Assembly: GCA_964460855.1 (NCBI GenBank)
Contig: CAYWQH010000006.1
Coordinates: 3,232 to 67,231, forward strand
Origin: an uncultured Candidatus Saccharibacteria bacterium
Lineage (GTDB): Bacteria; Patescibacteriota; Saccharimonadia; Saccharimonadales; UBA10212
Reading direction: 5' to 3'
DNA length: 64,000 bases
A model generated the notes under the pieces. It was not told the origin of the DNA, made no database searches, and saw only the letters and a list, made by a program, of their open reading frames with translations. The translations under genes were made by a program, and so were the position numbers. Positions 37,130 to 47,468 of the stretch are shown one piece after another. Position 1 is the stretch's first letter; every line of letters begins with the position of its first letter.

Positions 37130-37813
37130 ATGCGCAGAGATACATATGTGATAATTCCGGCTTATAACGAAGCAAAAGTTATCGGCCCGGTCATCAAAGC
37201 AGTTAAAAAAACCTACTCCAATGTAGTTTGCGTGAGCGATGGCAGCCGCGACGGCACCAGTGCCGAAATTATTAAAGCCGGCGGCATATTGGTTGAGCAC
37301 TCCATCAATCTTGGCGCCGGCGCGGCAACCCAAACCGGCATTGATTATGCCCTGACCGACCCGGATGCCAAGTACTTTATTACCGTAGACGCCGACGGCC
37401 AGCACGAAATAAGCGACGCCACCAGGATGCTGGACCATTTAAAGAAACACAATCTCGATATTGTTTTCGGCTCGCGTTTTTTAGGCACCGTCCATAACAT
37501 CAGCCCGCTTAAAAGGGCGTTTTTGAAAATGGCCGCCGTTTTTTCGGAAAGCACCTCCGGTGTAAAAATATCCGACCCGCATATCGGCATCCGGGCCTTC
37601 AACCGCAATTTGGCCGAAAATTTAAAGCTAACCATGCCCGGTTTCGCCCATGCTTCGGAGCTGCTAATCCGGATTGCCGACGGAAAATATAAGTATGACG
37701 AGATACCGGTAAAAATTACCTATAGCGATTATTCTAAAAGCAAAGGCCAGCCAATGCTGAATTCGGTTAATATCGTGTTTGATTTATTTTTACATAGGTT
37801 TTCCAAGAAATGA
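37130..37813 (+). CDS. GT2 polyprenyl-phosphate sugar synthase (GtrB / dolichol-phosphate mannosyltransferase-like)
   Basis: VIIPAYNEAKVIGPVIKAV...VVCVSDGSRDGT...TVDADGQHEI; short soluble GT-A typical of GtrB/DPM1. Confidence 0.7.
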   Translation: MRRDTYVIIPAYNEAKVIGPVIKAVKKTYSNVVCVSDGSRDGTSAEIIKAGGILVEHSINLGAGAATQTGIDYALTDPDAKYFITVDADGQHEISDATRMLDHLKKHNLDIVFGSRFLGTVHNISPLKRAFLKMAAVFSESTSGVKISDPHIGIRAFNRNLAENLKLTMPGFAHASELLIRIADGKYKYDEIPVKITYSDYSKSKGQPMLNSVNIVFDLFLHRFSKK

Positions 37814-38154
37814 TTGCTATACAAATAATCCTGATTGCCGGTTTCGTACTGTTTTTGTGGCGCTTTTTGAGCAATCCCGGCAGCCACCAGGTAAACGCCT
37901 GGATTAAAATTCTGACGATGCTGTTTACCGTACTGGCTATTATTGCCGTGGCTTTCCCGGATATATCCAACGACATCGCCCATGCGGTAGGCGTTTCTAC
38001 CGGGGCCAACTTATTGCTGTATATACTGACGCTGGCTTTTATATTTGTTGTCGTAAACCTATACATTAAAGGCAAAGATGATAATAAGCGGCTGGTTGCC
38101 GTAGTCCGCCACCTGGCTATCTTAGAAGCCCAGCTGCGCCAAAAAGAAAAGTAA
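37810..38154 (+). CDS. Small 3-4 TM membrane protein (DUF2304/GtrA-like partner of the GT2)
   Basis: 114 aa, hydrophobic, overlapping the upstream GT2 stop. Confidence 0.4.
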   Translation: MIAIQIILIAGFVLFLWRFLSNPGSHQVNAWIKILTMLFTVLAIIAVAFPDISNDIAHAVGVSTGANLLLYILTLAFIFVVVNLYIKGKDDNKRLVAVVRHLAILEAQLRQKEK

Positions 38155-38155
38155 G

Positions 38156-38524
38156 TTATTTAGCCAGCACGAAAACCAGGCCCAGCATCACCAGGCCGGC
38201 ACCAACCAAATTGTATGCCGATAGTTTTTCGTGGAAAATAATGGCCGCTAGAGCGGTTGAAAAAATTATTGCCAGTGCCGTCATGGTAACCTGCACCGAA
38301 AAGAATTTATTTTTGGACAGCAAAACGAAATAAATGCCGGTGGCTATAACGTAAATAATGCCGCCGGCCCAGATACGCGGGCTGGTAATTAAATTGTTAA
38401 GTATTTTGCCGGCCGAGCCTTCCATCAAATGGTGCTGCTTGATGGCGGTACCCCAAATGGCTTGGGCCGTAACCAGCAAAGCCGACAGCAGCGGAATCAG
38501 TAATAAATTGATGGGGTTGCTCAT
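38156..38524 (-). CDS. EamA/SMR-like 4-TM small transporter (candidate polyprenyl-phosphate-sugar flippase subunit)
   Basis: 122 aa with four TM helices (ArnE/ArnF-like size and topology). Confidence 0.4.
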   Translation of the reverse strand: MSNPINLLLIPLLSALLVTAQAIWGTAIKQHHLMEGSAGKILNNLITSPRIWAGGIIYVIATGIYFVLLSKNKFFSVQVTMTALAIIFSTALAAIIFHEKLSAYNLVGAGLVMLGLVFVLAK

Positions 38525-38542
38525 GCTAGAACCATTATAGCC

Positions 38543-39520
38543 TTACGGCAAGAAGAATTCGCTCATTGGCCTGGCATTTTTGTCGTCTGCTTGCATGGAA
38601 GGCAGGCCCCAGGCGGTTTCGATAGTTTTAAGCAGCGACATATGGTCGTAGCGGTTGGCCGAGCTATAACCTTTTTTAACTTTGGAGCCGACCATAATTA
38701 ACGGGATGTTATTGGTTGATTCGTGCTCTTCGGATTCGTCCCAGGTAATAACTAGTAATGACACGCTGTTATGAAAAGCCGGTGAGTCCAGGATGGTCGA
38801 AACTTCTTTAGCCAGCCACTGGTCGCCGGTACCGACGCTGCAATTATGCATATTATTGCAGTTGTTGGGCACTATATATACGAAGTTGGGCAAGGTATTG
38901 CTTTTTAGGTCGGTCTCAAACTGGGAGAACGGCACGTCGTTTTTTTGGCAGCGGTCGTGGTTGCTGGCAATGTTTTTGTAATACAGGAACGGGTTGAATT
39001 CGGTGTAATATTCCCCCTCGGGGTTAGGGTCGCATGGTTGTGGCATGCCTTCGATGTAAGCCCGCCAGGTTAGGCGGTTTTTTTCCAGTAAATCCGGCAG
39101 GTTCTTAACATCCAGTTGGCACTTAGGGTCGGTTGGCCCGCAGTTGCCCATTAAACCGGCGTTGGTACCGCTGGTTAGGTGGATATAGTTTGGCAGGCTG
39201 GGGTGGTCGGTGGCGTAGTACTGGGTAGCGTAAGCGTACTGGTCGGCCAGGGTATTAATGTACGTAGCTTCAGGATTATCTACTATTCGCCGCCCGCTTT
39301 CGTTTTCTTCCATGATCAAGAATATATGTTCGAAATTGGGTACGTAAGAGGCCGGCGTTTTTGGTACGTTTTCGGGCTGGCGGGCCGAGGCCACTATAAA
39401 ATAAAACAAAACCATCAGGAAAACGGCGCTTAGCGTACCCACCAAAAAAGATATTTTCTGGATGCGCGAAAATTTTAGGTGCTTTTTAGGCTTGTGCGCC
39501 CTTACGGGGAGGTGGTTCAT
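38543..39520 (-). CDS. Phosphoesterase-family protein (phospholipase C / acid phosphatase AcpA-like)
   Basis: IFLIMEENESGRRIV and TDHPSLPNYIHLTSG resemble the ENRSFD and PS.PN motifs of the phosphoesterase family. N-terminal TM anchor. Confidence 0.45.
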   Translation of the reverse strand: MNHLPVRAHKPKKHLKFSRIQKISFLVGTLSAVFLMVLFYFIVASARQPENVPKTPASYVPNFEHIFLIMEENESGRRIVDNPEATYINTLADQYAYATQYYATDHPSLPNYIHLTSGTNAGLMGNCGPTDPKCQLDVKNLPDLLEKNRLTWRAYIEGMPQPCDPNPEGEYYTEFNPFLYYKNIASNHDRCQKNDVPFSQFETDLKSNTLPNFVYIVPNNCNNMHNCSVGTGDQWLAKEVSTILDSPAFHNSVSLLVITWDESEEHESTNNIPLIMVGSKVKKGYSSANRYDHMSLLKTIETAWGLPSMQADDKNARPMSEFFLP

Positions 39521-40377
39521 TCTAATAATTTTAGCAAATATTGGCCGTATCCGCTTTTTCTTAGCGGCTCGGCCAAGGCTTGCAGCTGGCTGGCATCGAT
39601 GTAGCCTTTCTGGTAAGCGATTTCTTCGATGCAGCCGATTTTTAAGCCTTGGCGCTCTTCGATGACCCTCACAAACTGGGCGGCGTCATTTAACGAGTCG
39701 AACGTACCGGTATCCAACCAGGCGGTGCCGCGGTCCAGCAAGGCTACTTTTAGCTTGCCGCTTCGTAAATAAGCGTTATGGATTTCGGTTATTTCAATTT
39801 CGCCCCGGTCGCTGGGTTTGGCGGCTTTGGCGAATTCCACGCAGTGGTGGTCGTAAAAATATAAGCCGGGGATGGCATAATGCGATTTTGGCTGGGCCGG
39901 CTTTTCTTCTATGGAAATAACTTTATTGCTGCCGTCGAATTCGACGACACCGTAGCGCTCGGGATCCTGAACCGGCGCGCCGAATATTACACCGCCGTCA
40001 GGGTCGGTGTATATAGCCAGGCCTTCGTCCATTTCGGAACCGTAAAATATGTTGTCGCCGAGTATCAGGGCCACTTTATCGCCGCCGATAAACTCTTCGC
40101 CGACAATAAACGCGTCGGCCAGGCCGCGCGGTTCGTCCTGCGCTTTATAAATAAAATTTAACCCCAACTGCTTGCCGCTGCCCAGCAGGTCTTCGAAACG
40201 CGGCAGGTCCTGGGCGGTGGAAATTATTAAAATGTCGCGGATGCCGGCCTGCATGAGGGTAGATAAGGGGTAATAAATCATCGGCTTGTCGTAAATCGGT
40301 ACCAGCTGCTTTATGACGCCTAAGGTAATCGGAAACAATCGGCTGCCGGTGCCGCCGGCTAAAATTATGCCTTTCAT
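39517..40377 (-). CDS. rmlA: Glucose-1-phosphate thymidylyltransferase
   Basis: MKGIILAGGTGSRLFPIT...YDKPMIYYPLS is the RmlA signature. Confidence 0.9.
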   Translation of the reverse strand: MKGIILAGGTGSRLFPITLGVIKQLVPIYDKPMIYYPLSTLMQAGIRDILIISTAQDLPRFEDLLGSGKQLGLNFIYKAQDEPRGLADAFIVGEEFIGGDKVALILGDNIFYGSEMDEGLAIYTDPDGGVIFGAPVQDPERYGVVEFDGSNKVISIEEKPAQPKSHYAIPGLYFYDHHCVEFAKAAKPSDRGEIEITEIHNAYLRSGKLKVALLDRGTAWLDTGTFDSLNDAAQFVRVIEERQGLKIGCIEEIAYQKGYIDASQLQALAEPLRKSGYGQYLLKLLE

Positions 40378-41237
40378 TGTCCGGACGCCTCACTTTCTAG
40401 ATAAATTTTTAGGTCGTCGCGCCAGTCGGCCGGTTTAAAGCCGGCGGCTTCTATTTTGCTGAGGTCGAATTCGCTGTGGGCCGGGCGCGGTGCGGCTTGC
40501 GGCTTATCGGCGAAATATTCGGCCGATGTGGTTGGCGTAACCGTGTTGGACAAGCCGGCGGTCTGGAATACGGCTTCGGCAAACTGGGCCCAGCTGACGA
40601 CGTCGCCGCCATTGCTTAAATTATAAGTGCCGTATGGCTGCTCGCTGTTTAGCAGGTGGATGATGCCGGCCGCCAAAGTATTGGTAAAAGTCGGCCGGCC
40701 GGTCTGGTCGCTGACTACAGTCGGGTTAATTCCTTTGCGGGCGAGCTCAATCATGGTCCGGGCAAAATTTTTGCCGGCGCCCATAACCCAGCTGGTGCGT
40801 ACCAGGTAGTGCTTGTCGTGCTCGGATACGGCGATATCGCCGGCGGCTTTGGAAGTGCCGTAGCCGCTCATTGGCGTTAGAGGTTCGGTTTCGGAATGCG
40901 GCGTGCGGTGGCCGTTAAATACGTAATCGGTCGAAATGTGCACCAAGACCAAATTGTTTTTGGTAGCTATGCGGGCTAGCCAGGCGGGGGCCTGGGCATT
41001 GACCAGCCAGGCGGCTTCGCGGCCTTCGTCGGTTTCGGCGGCATCAACCGCCGTATAAGCAGCGGCGTTAATCACGTACTTATATTTTTCCCATTGGTAA
41101 GTTTCCAGGTTAATCCGGTCGGTGATGTCCAGCCCGCCCCGGTCCAGGGCGTCGGCTTGCGGCAGCTGGCGCCGCAACTCGCTGCCCAACTGCCCGTCAG
41201 CCCCTAAAATAAGAAGTTTGGATTGGTCTAAGCTCAT
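40374..41237 (-). CDS. rmlD: dTDP-4-dehydrorhamnose reductase
   Basis: LILGADGQLGSEL...VVNAAAYTAVD... RmlD fold, 287 aa. Confidence 0.85.
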   Translation of the reverse strand: MSLDQSKLLILGADGQLGSELRRQLPQADALDRGGLDITDRINLETYQWEKYKYVINAAAYTAVDAAETDEGREAAWLVNAQAPAWLARIATKNNLVLVHISTDYVFNGHRTPHSETEPLTPMSGYGTSKAAGDIAVSEHDKHYLVRTSWVMGAGKNFARTMIELARKGINPTVVSDQTGRPTFTNTLAAGIIHLLNSEQPYGTYNLSNGGDVVSWAQFAEAVFQTAGLSNTVTPTTSAEYFADKPQAAPRPAHSEFDLSKIEAAGFKPADWRDDLKIYLESEASGQ

Positions 41238-41239
41238 TT

Positions 41240-42804
<1,565 letters not shown>

Positions 42805-42838
42805 CTATAATAGCCATTTCTAATTGATCTAAAAAATT

Positions 42839-44722
42839 CTAGCGCTTAGACCTGAGCTTGGAAAATTTAATGGCTGCCAGCAAAGCCAAAGTAATAATTA
42901 AGGGGTAGGCATAGGTTACTACCGGTGTTTTGACGGTGGCTATCCGGCTGTTTATGGCGCCGGCCGTTTTGTTGGCAGGCTGGGCAGGCTTCGGCTGGGC
43001 AGGGACAGCCGCAGGCTTGGCCGCGTTGGTTTTGATGGCTGGCTGGGCGTAGGCTTTGGGTTTTGGCCCCGCGGCTTTTGGTTTAGGGCTGGCAGCCTTT
43101 GCTTTGGCCGGAACGGCAGCTTTTTTAATGGGCCTGGAAGCCGGATGAACATCTTTTTTGAGCGGCGCGGCGCAAGGGGCCGGTTCGCCGACGGGCGGCA
43201 ATTGGCCGGCAGCCGATTCGGGCATTTCGGTTACTGGCAGCTTAGCGGTACAGGCCGGGTTTTTAGGATTGTTAACGGCGTGCAGTTTTTTATCCTGGCC
43301 CAGTCGGTAAACAGTCCGGGATTTGGCGGTTTTAACAAACAGCGTGCTCTCAGCTTTATCTGCCGGCGCGGTTGGCAGGGTTTCGAAAGCCATATCCGGC
43401 GTTATGTCATTGAATACCGGGCTGCCGTCGGTGGCCGAGTAAACGTCGAGCAGCGATTTATATTGGACTTTTTGGAAGGGCGAGGCAACACCATCGCCGG
43501 TTATTTGCCACCATTCTTTGCCCTGCTGGCTGCCGAAAACCGTGCTTTTAGGAAAGCGGCATTTGGCAGCCAGGCTACTGGCCTCCACCTTTTTGCCGTT
43601 ATAGCCCTCCAGCAAATCGGCGGCGCCGCTGGGCAGGGTTTCCGGCTCCTCGCCTTTGGTTATTTTTAAGCAGGCTTGGGCAGTGTCGCTCATAAACAGC
43701 GATATATCGCCGTTTTTACCGGATACCATTTGCCTCACCCGGCTGTCGTTACCGAATTTGTACAGCGAGCCGTCTTTTATTTTTAGCGGTTTGTTTTGGG
43801 GGCTGGTTAGCGTGCTGTCTGCGGCCGGTATTTTGTATACGGGCTGGTTGGCCGCGCTTAATTTGCCGGCTTCTTTTTCGGTTAATTTATAAGCGCCGCC
43901 CTTTTTAAAAACGTATTTATCCGGCTGGCCGTCGATGCTAACTATTGTATTATCGGGCGGCACCGCGTCGCCAGCTAGGTGCGGCTTAATTTCGGCCGGC
44001 GCTACCGCTACCGGCTCACCGCCCCAATAGTTGGCGTCTTGGGGCGTCCAATCTTTTAGATTTTTAAGCGGCCAGGCCACGCCGGCCGTTTTTTGGTAAA
44101 CTTTTTGGTCGTCTTTAATGATTTGTTTATCGCCGATGTAATCGTAGGGCGTGTTTTTTACGGGAGCAGCTGGCTCTGCCGGCGGGCTCCAAATTTTACC
44201 GGTGCCATTGATATCGATATAGTGGTCGGCTTTGGTCAGCCGGCCGCGCTGGAAATTGCCTTTAAGGTCCTGGTTATATTCGGCTACCTTAACCTGCCGG
44301 CTGCCATCGGCCTGCTTGATTACTTCTTCGACAAAAGCCACATGCCCGCTATCCCATTGGGCGATATCGCCGGGTTCCGGGAAGTTATCGACCCGGTAGC
44401 CGGCAGACCTGGCGGCTGCTGACCAGTTTTCGGCGTTGCCCCAGCCCGGAATATTAACGCCCAGTTCTTTGCTGACCCGCCAGGCAACATATGATGTGCA
44501 GTTGCGTAAATCGTAGCCCCAGGGGTCGCGAAAACCGCGGCCGCCCTTATAACCCCAGGTAATATTGTCGCCGGCTACGGCTTTTGGCACTTTAGGCGCG
44601 TCGGCCCAAGGGTAGCCGCCGGTTTCTAAGGCTAGTACCACAGCATAAGAAGCGATGTTGATAAACAAAAGACTAGCCGCCAGGCCAGCAGCCAGTTTGG
44701 TAATAAAACGCCGGGTTAGCAT
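42839..44722 (-). CDS. CHAP-domain cell-wall hydrolase with an Ala/Pro/Lys-rich region and a C-terminal hydrophobic anchor (627 aa)
   Basis: N-terminal signal/TM; CHAP catalytic Cys in NCTSYVAWRV and His in DSGHVAFVEEV; C-terminal AKPAAVPAQPKPAQ low-complexity region and tail helix YPLIITLALLAAIKF. SD AGGAGG at about 44730. Confidence 0.7.
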   Translation of the reverse strand: MLTRRFITKLAAGLAASLLFINIASYAVVLALETGGYPWADAPKVPKAVAGDNITWGYKGGRGFRDPWGYDLRNCTSYVAWRVSKELGVNIPGWGNAENWSAAARSAGYRVDNFPEPGDIAQWDSGHVAFVEEVIKQADGSRQVKVAEYNQDLKGNFQRGRLTKADHYIDINGTGKIWSPPAEPAAPVKNTPYDYIGDKQIIKDDQKVYQKTAGVAWPLKNLKDWTPQDANYWGGEPVAVAPAEIKPHLAGDAVPPDNTIVSIDGQPDKYVFKKGGAYKLTEKEAGKLSAANQPVYKIPAADSTLTSPQNKPLKIKDGSLYKFGNDSRVRQMVSGKNGDISLFMSDTAQACLKITKGEEPETLPSGAADLLEGYNGKKVEASSLAAKCRFPKSTVFGSQQGKEWWQITGDGVASPFQKVQYKSLLDVYSATDGSPVFNDITPDMAFETLPTAPADKAESTLFVKTAKSRTVYRLGQDKKLHAVNNPKNPACTAKLPVTEMPESAAGQLPPVGEPAPCAAPLKKDVHPASRPIKKAAVPAKAKAASPKPKAAGPKPKAYAQPAIKTNAAKPAAVPAQPKPAQPANKTAGAINSRIATVKTPVVTYAYPLIITLALLAAIKFSKLRSKR

Positions 44723-44743
44723 ATTACCTCCTGCCCACCCGGT

Positions 44744-44761
44744 TTATCCATCTTGGGATAA
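44744..44761. promoter_or_regulatory. Perfect palindrome TTATCC-n6-GGATAA between the predicted promoter and SD of the CHAP hydrolase gene
   Basis: Minus-strand promoter elements: TTGACG (reverse complement of 44791-44796) and TATATA (reverse complement of 44765-44770). The palindrome lies immediately downstream of them. Confidence 0.4.
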
Positions 44762-44856
44762 GCCTATATATCGGCACGGCCCGGCCGGCCGTCAAGCCTG
44801 CCCGTAAATAAAACTACAAGCTTCCCTGTCGTAAAAAACAGTAACTTTTTAAGAAG

Positions 44857-45972
44857 TTAAAGCTTATTTTTGGCGAATTTGGCGTACTCGGCGGTGACGA
44901 ATTTTTGAATTTCGGCCTGGAACTTGGGCTTCGAGAATTTTTCGGCCTGGCGGCGGATTTTCTGGCGGTCCCAGCTAAGCTTTAGGGCGTTATTAATTGC
45001 CGCTATTAAGCTTTCAGTGTTTTGTTGGTTGAATAAAATGCCGCTTTCGCCGGGTTCGATAACATCCAGCACGCCGCCCTTGGCGAAGGCGACTACCGGC
45101 GTGCCGCTGGCCATGGCTTCGACAGGAATGAGGCCGGCGTCCTCTTCGTTGGGGAATAAAAACAATTCGGCCGACGCGAAGGCCGCGGCTAATTCTTCGT
45201 CGTTGGCGGTTTTAAATATTACTTTCGGCCCGCCCAGCTTGACCAGTTTTTTATGCTCCGGGCCTTGGCCGATAACTACCAGCGGCATGTTGAGCTGGTT
45301 GGCGGCTTCGATGGCCAGGTCGAATCGTTTGTATGGTATTTGACGCCCGGCCGCCAGCAGCCCGGCCCGGTGGCCGTTATTAACGCTGTAGCGGCTGACA
45401 TCCACTGGCGGGAACAGCACGGTGCTGTCGCGGTTGTAATAAATTTTGATGCGGCGGGCGACGTTGCGCGAATTGGCCAAGTAAACCGCCGGCCGGGCGG
45501 CGGCTTTTAAGTCCCACTTGCGCATCCGGCCAACCAGTAACGGGATAAACGGCTTAATAAAAATATCCAGTGGGCCGAAGCCGGGGTTTTGCTTATACTC
45601 TTCGTAATGGCTCCAGTAGTACCGTGTAGGCGTATTGCAATAACAAATATGCAGGGTTTTTTCGGGATTGACGATTATGCCTTTGGCGTCGGAGCTGGTT
45701 ACCGATAACACCAGGTCGAATTCGTCAAAATTAAACTTCTCAAATGCTTTGGCCCGCAACATTGGGAATAACTGGTGTTTGCGCCGGGCCAGCGGGATTT
45801 TTTGCAGCCAGCTGGTGCGGATATCGAAGCCGCGGAAAATGTCCGGCATGTTTTGGGGGTTATATACCGATGTGTAAATCGGGGCGTCGGGATAAATTTC
45901 TTTTAAGGCCAGCAGGACTTTTTCGGCACCGCCCATATTAGTCAGCCAATCGTGCACGAGGGCAACTTTCAT
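44857..45972 (-). CDS. GT4-family glycosyltransferase
   Basis: MKVALVHDWLTNMGGAEKVL...; GT-B with EDAGLIPVEAMASGTPVVAF (E-x7-E). Confidence 0.7.
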   Translation of the reverse strand: MKVALVHDWLTNMGGAEKVLLALKEIYPDAPIYTSVYNPQNMPDIFRGFDIRTSWLQKIPLARRKHQLFPMLRAKAFEKFNFDEFDLVLSVTSSDAKGIIVNPEKTLHICYCNTPTRYYWSHYEEYKQNPGFGPLDIFIKPFIPLLVGRMRKWDLKAAARPAVYLANSRNVARRIKIYYNRDSTVLFPPVDVSRYSVNNGHRAGLLAAGRQIPYKRFDLAIEAANQLNMPLVVIGQGPEHKKLVKLGGPKVIFKTANDEELAAAFASAELFLFPNEEDAGLIPVEAMASGTPVVAFAKGGVLDVIEPGESGILFNQQNTESLIAAINNALKLSWDRQKIRRQAEKFSKPKFQAEIQKFVTAEYAKFAKNKL

Positions 45973-47409
45973 TTATTGGCCTTTGCCGGTTACCATGGCC
46001 AGCAGTGTGCGGTAAACGATTTTCATATCAAGCAAAAAACTCCAGTGCTGGATGTAGTACAAATCGAGGGCGATGCGCTCGTCGTAAGTTGTTTCGTTGC
46101 GGCCGGAAACCTGCCACAAGCCGGTAATGCCGGGGCGGATGCTCAAGAATATCGAGCTGGCTTGTTCGTAGCGTTCCAGCTCGCTTTTGGTTACCGGCCG
46201 CGGGCCGATGAGGCTTAAGTCGCCCTTAAGCACATTCCAAAGCTGCGGCAATTCGTCGATGCCGGTTTTGCGGGTAAAACGGCCGATGGGCATAATGCGC
46301 GGGTCGTTTTTGACTTTTTGGTTGGCCCGCCATTCTTTTATTAAATCTTCGCGGCCCATTTCTTTGAAAATTTCGATTTCGCTTTTGCGGCCGGTATTAC
46401 TGTAACGCCAATACATGCTGCGCAGCTTATAGGCGGTAAACATGGTGCCGAAGCGGCTGACCCGCTGGTGCTGGTAAAATACCGGGCCGCGGCGGTCAGT
46501 AAGTTTGATAATTAAACCAACCACTAAAAACACCGGAATAGCTAAAATTAAGGCGATTAAAGCGCCGGCGATATCAAAAGAGCGCTTGGCGATGCGGCCC
46601 CAGCCGGCCAGGGCAGTTTGGTGGACGGCGATTACCGGAAAATTGTGGAACAGCTCTATTTCATTATTGCCAGTGTATAAATTTACATTGGCCGGTATAA
46701 ATTTGTAATCGACATGGTAGTCCCGGGCGGCATCGATAATTTTTTGGTTGGCCGAGTCGTCGAGCATTTGGGTTTGGATGATGGTATGGATATGGCCAAA
46801 AACTTTTACGGCGTCGTCGACCGTGGCGTAATGGGCAGAATGGTATTTGGGCGGGATAGTGCCTTTTTTACCCAGGTAGCCGGCGATCCAATAGCCGGTT
46901 TGGCGGGTGTTGCCAATGTACTCGGCGATTTCGGTCATCGCCCGGTTGCTGCCAATAAGCAAAACATGGTTAACGCCAATGCCGTAATGGAATAACATGT
47001 GGCGGCCCATGCGCAGCAGGCCGCGGCCCAGCATCACCAACAGGAAGCTAATAATAAAAGCGTAAACCGGCACCAGGCGGGCCGGAAAGATTGGCCGGCT
47101 GTAAGCGAAGCTAAACGAAATTATGCCCATCATGCCTATTACCGTGCCGGTCAGCACCCGTCCGACTTCCTGGAAGCGCCGCTCATAAATATCTTTGTTG
47201 TAAAGGCCTAAAATGGCGAACACAAACAGGTAAAAAGGCATTAGCGCCACGAATATCTTTAGGTATTCGACGCCCGGCACTTGCTGGGCCAGCGGCCGGG
47301 TGTCAAGGTGGACACGGATCAAGTATGCCGCCACGAACGAACTAATAAGCATTACAAAATCCGATACCAATAGCAAAAAGCTGTAAACAAGCGAAGCGTT
47401 ATTCTTCAT
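45973..47409 (-). CDS. Initiating polyprenyl-phosphate hexose-1-phosphate transferase (WbaP/CpsE family)
   Basis: N-terminal 4-5 TM helices and the C-terminal bacterial sugar transferase domain RRGPVFYQHQRVSRFGTMFTAYKLRSM...DELPQLWNVLKGDLSLIGPRP. Confidence 0.85.
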   Translation of the reverse strand: MKNNASLVYSFLLLVSDFVMLISSFVAAYLIRVHLDTRPLAQQVPGVEYLKIFVALMPFYLFVFAILGLYNKDIYERRFQEVGRVLTGTVIGMMGIISFSFAYSRPIFPARLVPVYAFIISFLLVMLGRGLLRMGRHMLFHYGIGVNHVLLIGSNRAMTEIAEYIGNTRQTGYWIAGYLGKKGTIPPKYHSAHYATVDDAVKVFGHIHTIIQTQMLDDSANQKIIDAARDYHVDYKFIPANVNLYTGNNEIELFHNFPVIAVHQTALAGWGRIAKRSFDIAGALIALILAIPVFLVVGLIIKLTDRRGPVFYQHQRVSRFGTMFTAYKLRSMYWRYSNTGRKSEIEIFKEMGREDLIKEWRANQKVKNDPRIMPIGRFTRKTGIDELPQLWNVLKGDLSLIGPRPVTKSELERYEQASSIFLSIRPGITGLWQVSGRNETTYDERIALDLYYIQHWSFLLDMKIVYRTLLAMVTGKGQ

Positions 47410-47426
47410 ATTTCCGCTGTAATTGT

Positions 47427-47443
47427 AACAGGAATTGCCTGTT
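47427..47443. promoter_or_regulatory. Inverted repeat AACAGG-n5-CCTGTT in the divergent promoter between the initiating transferase and the Wzy-like gene
   Basis: 59-bp divergent intergenic region; perfect 6-bp arms. Confidence 0.3.
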
Positions 47444-47468
47444 GGCAGGCGGCTGTTAGAATGGGGTC

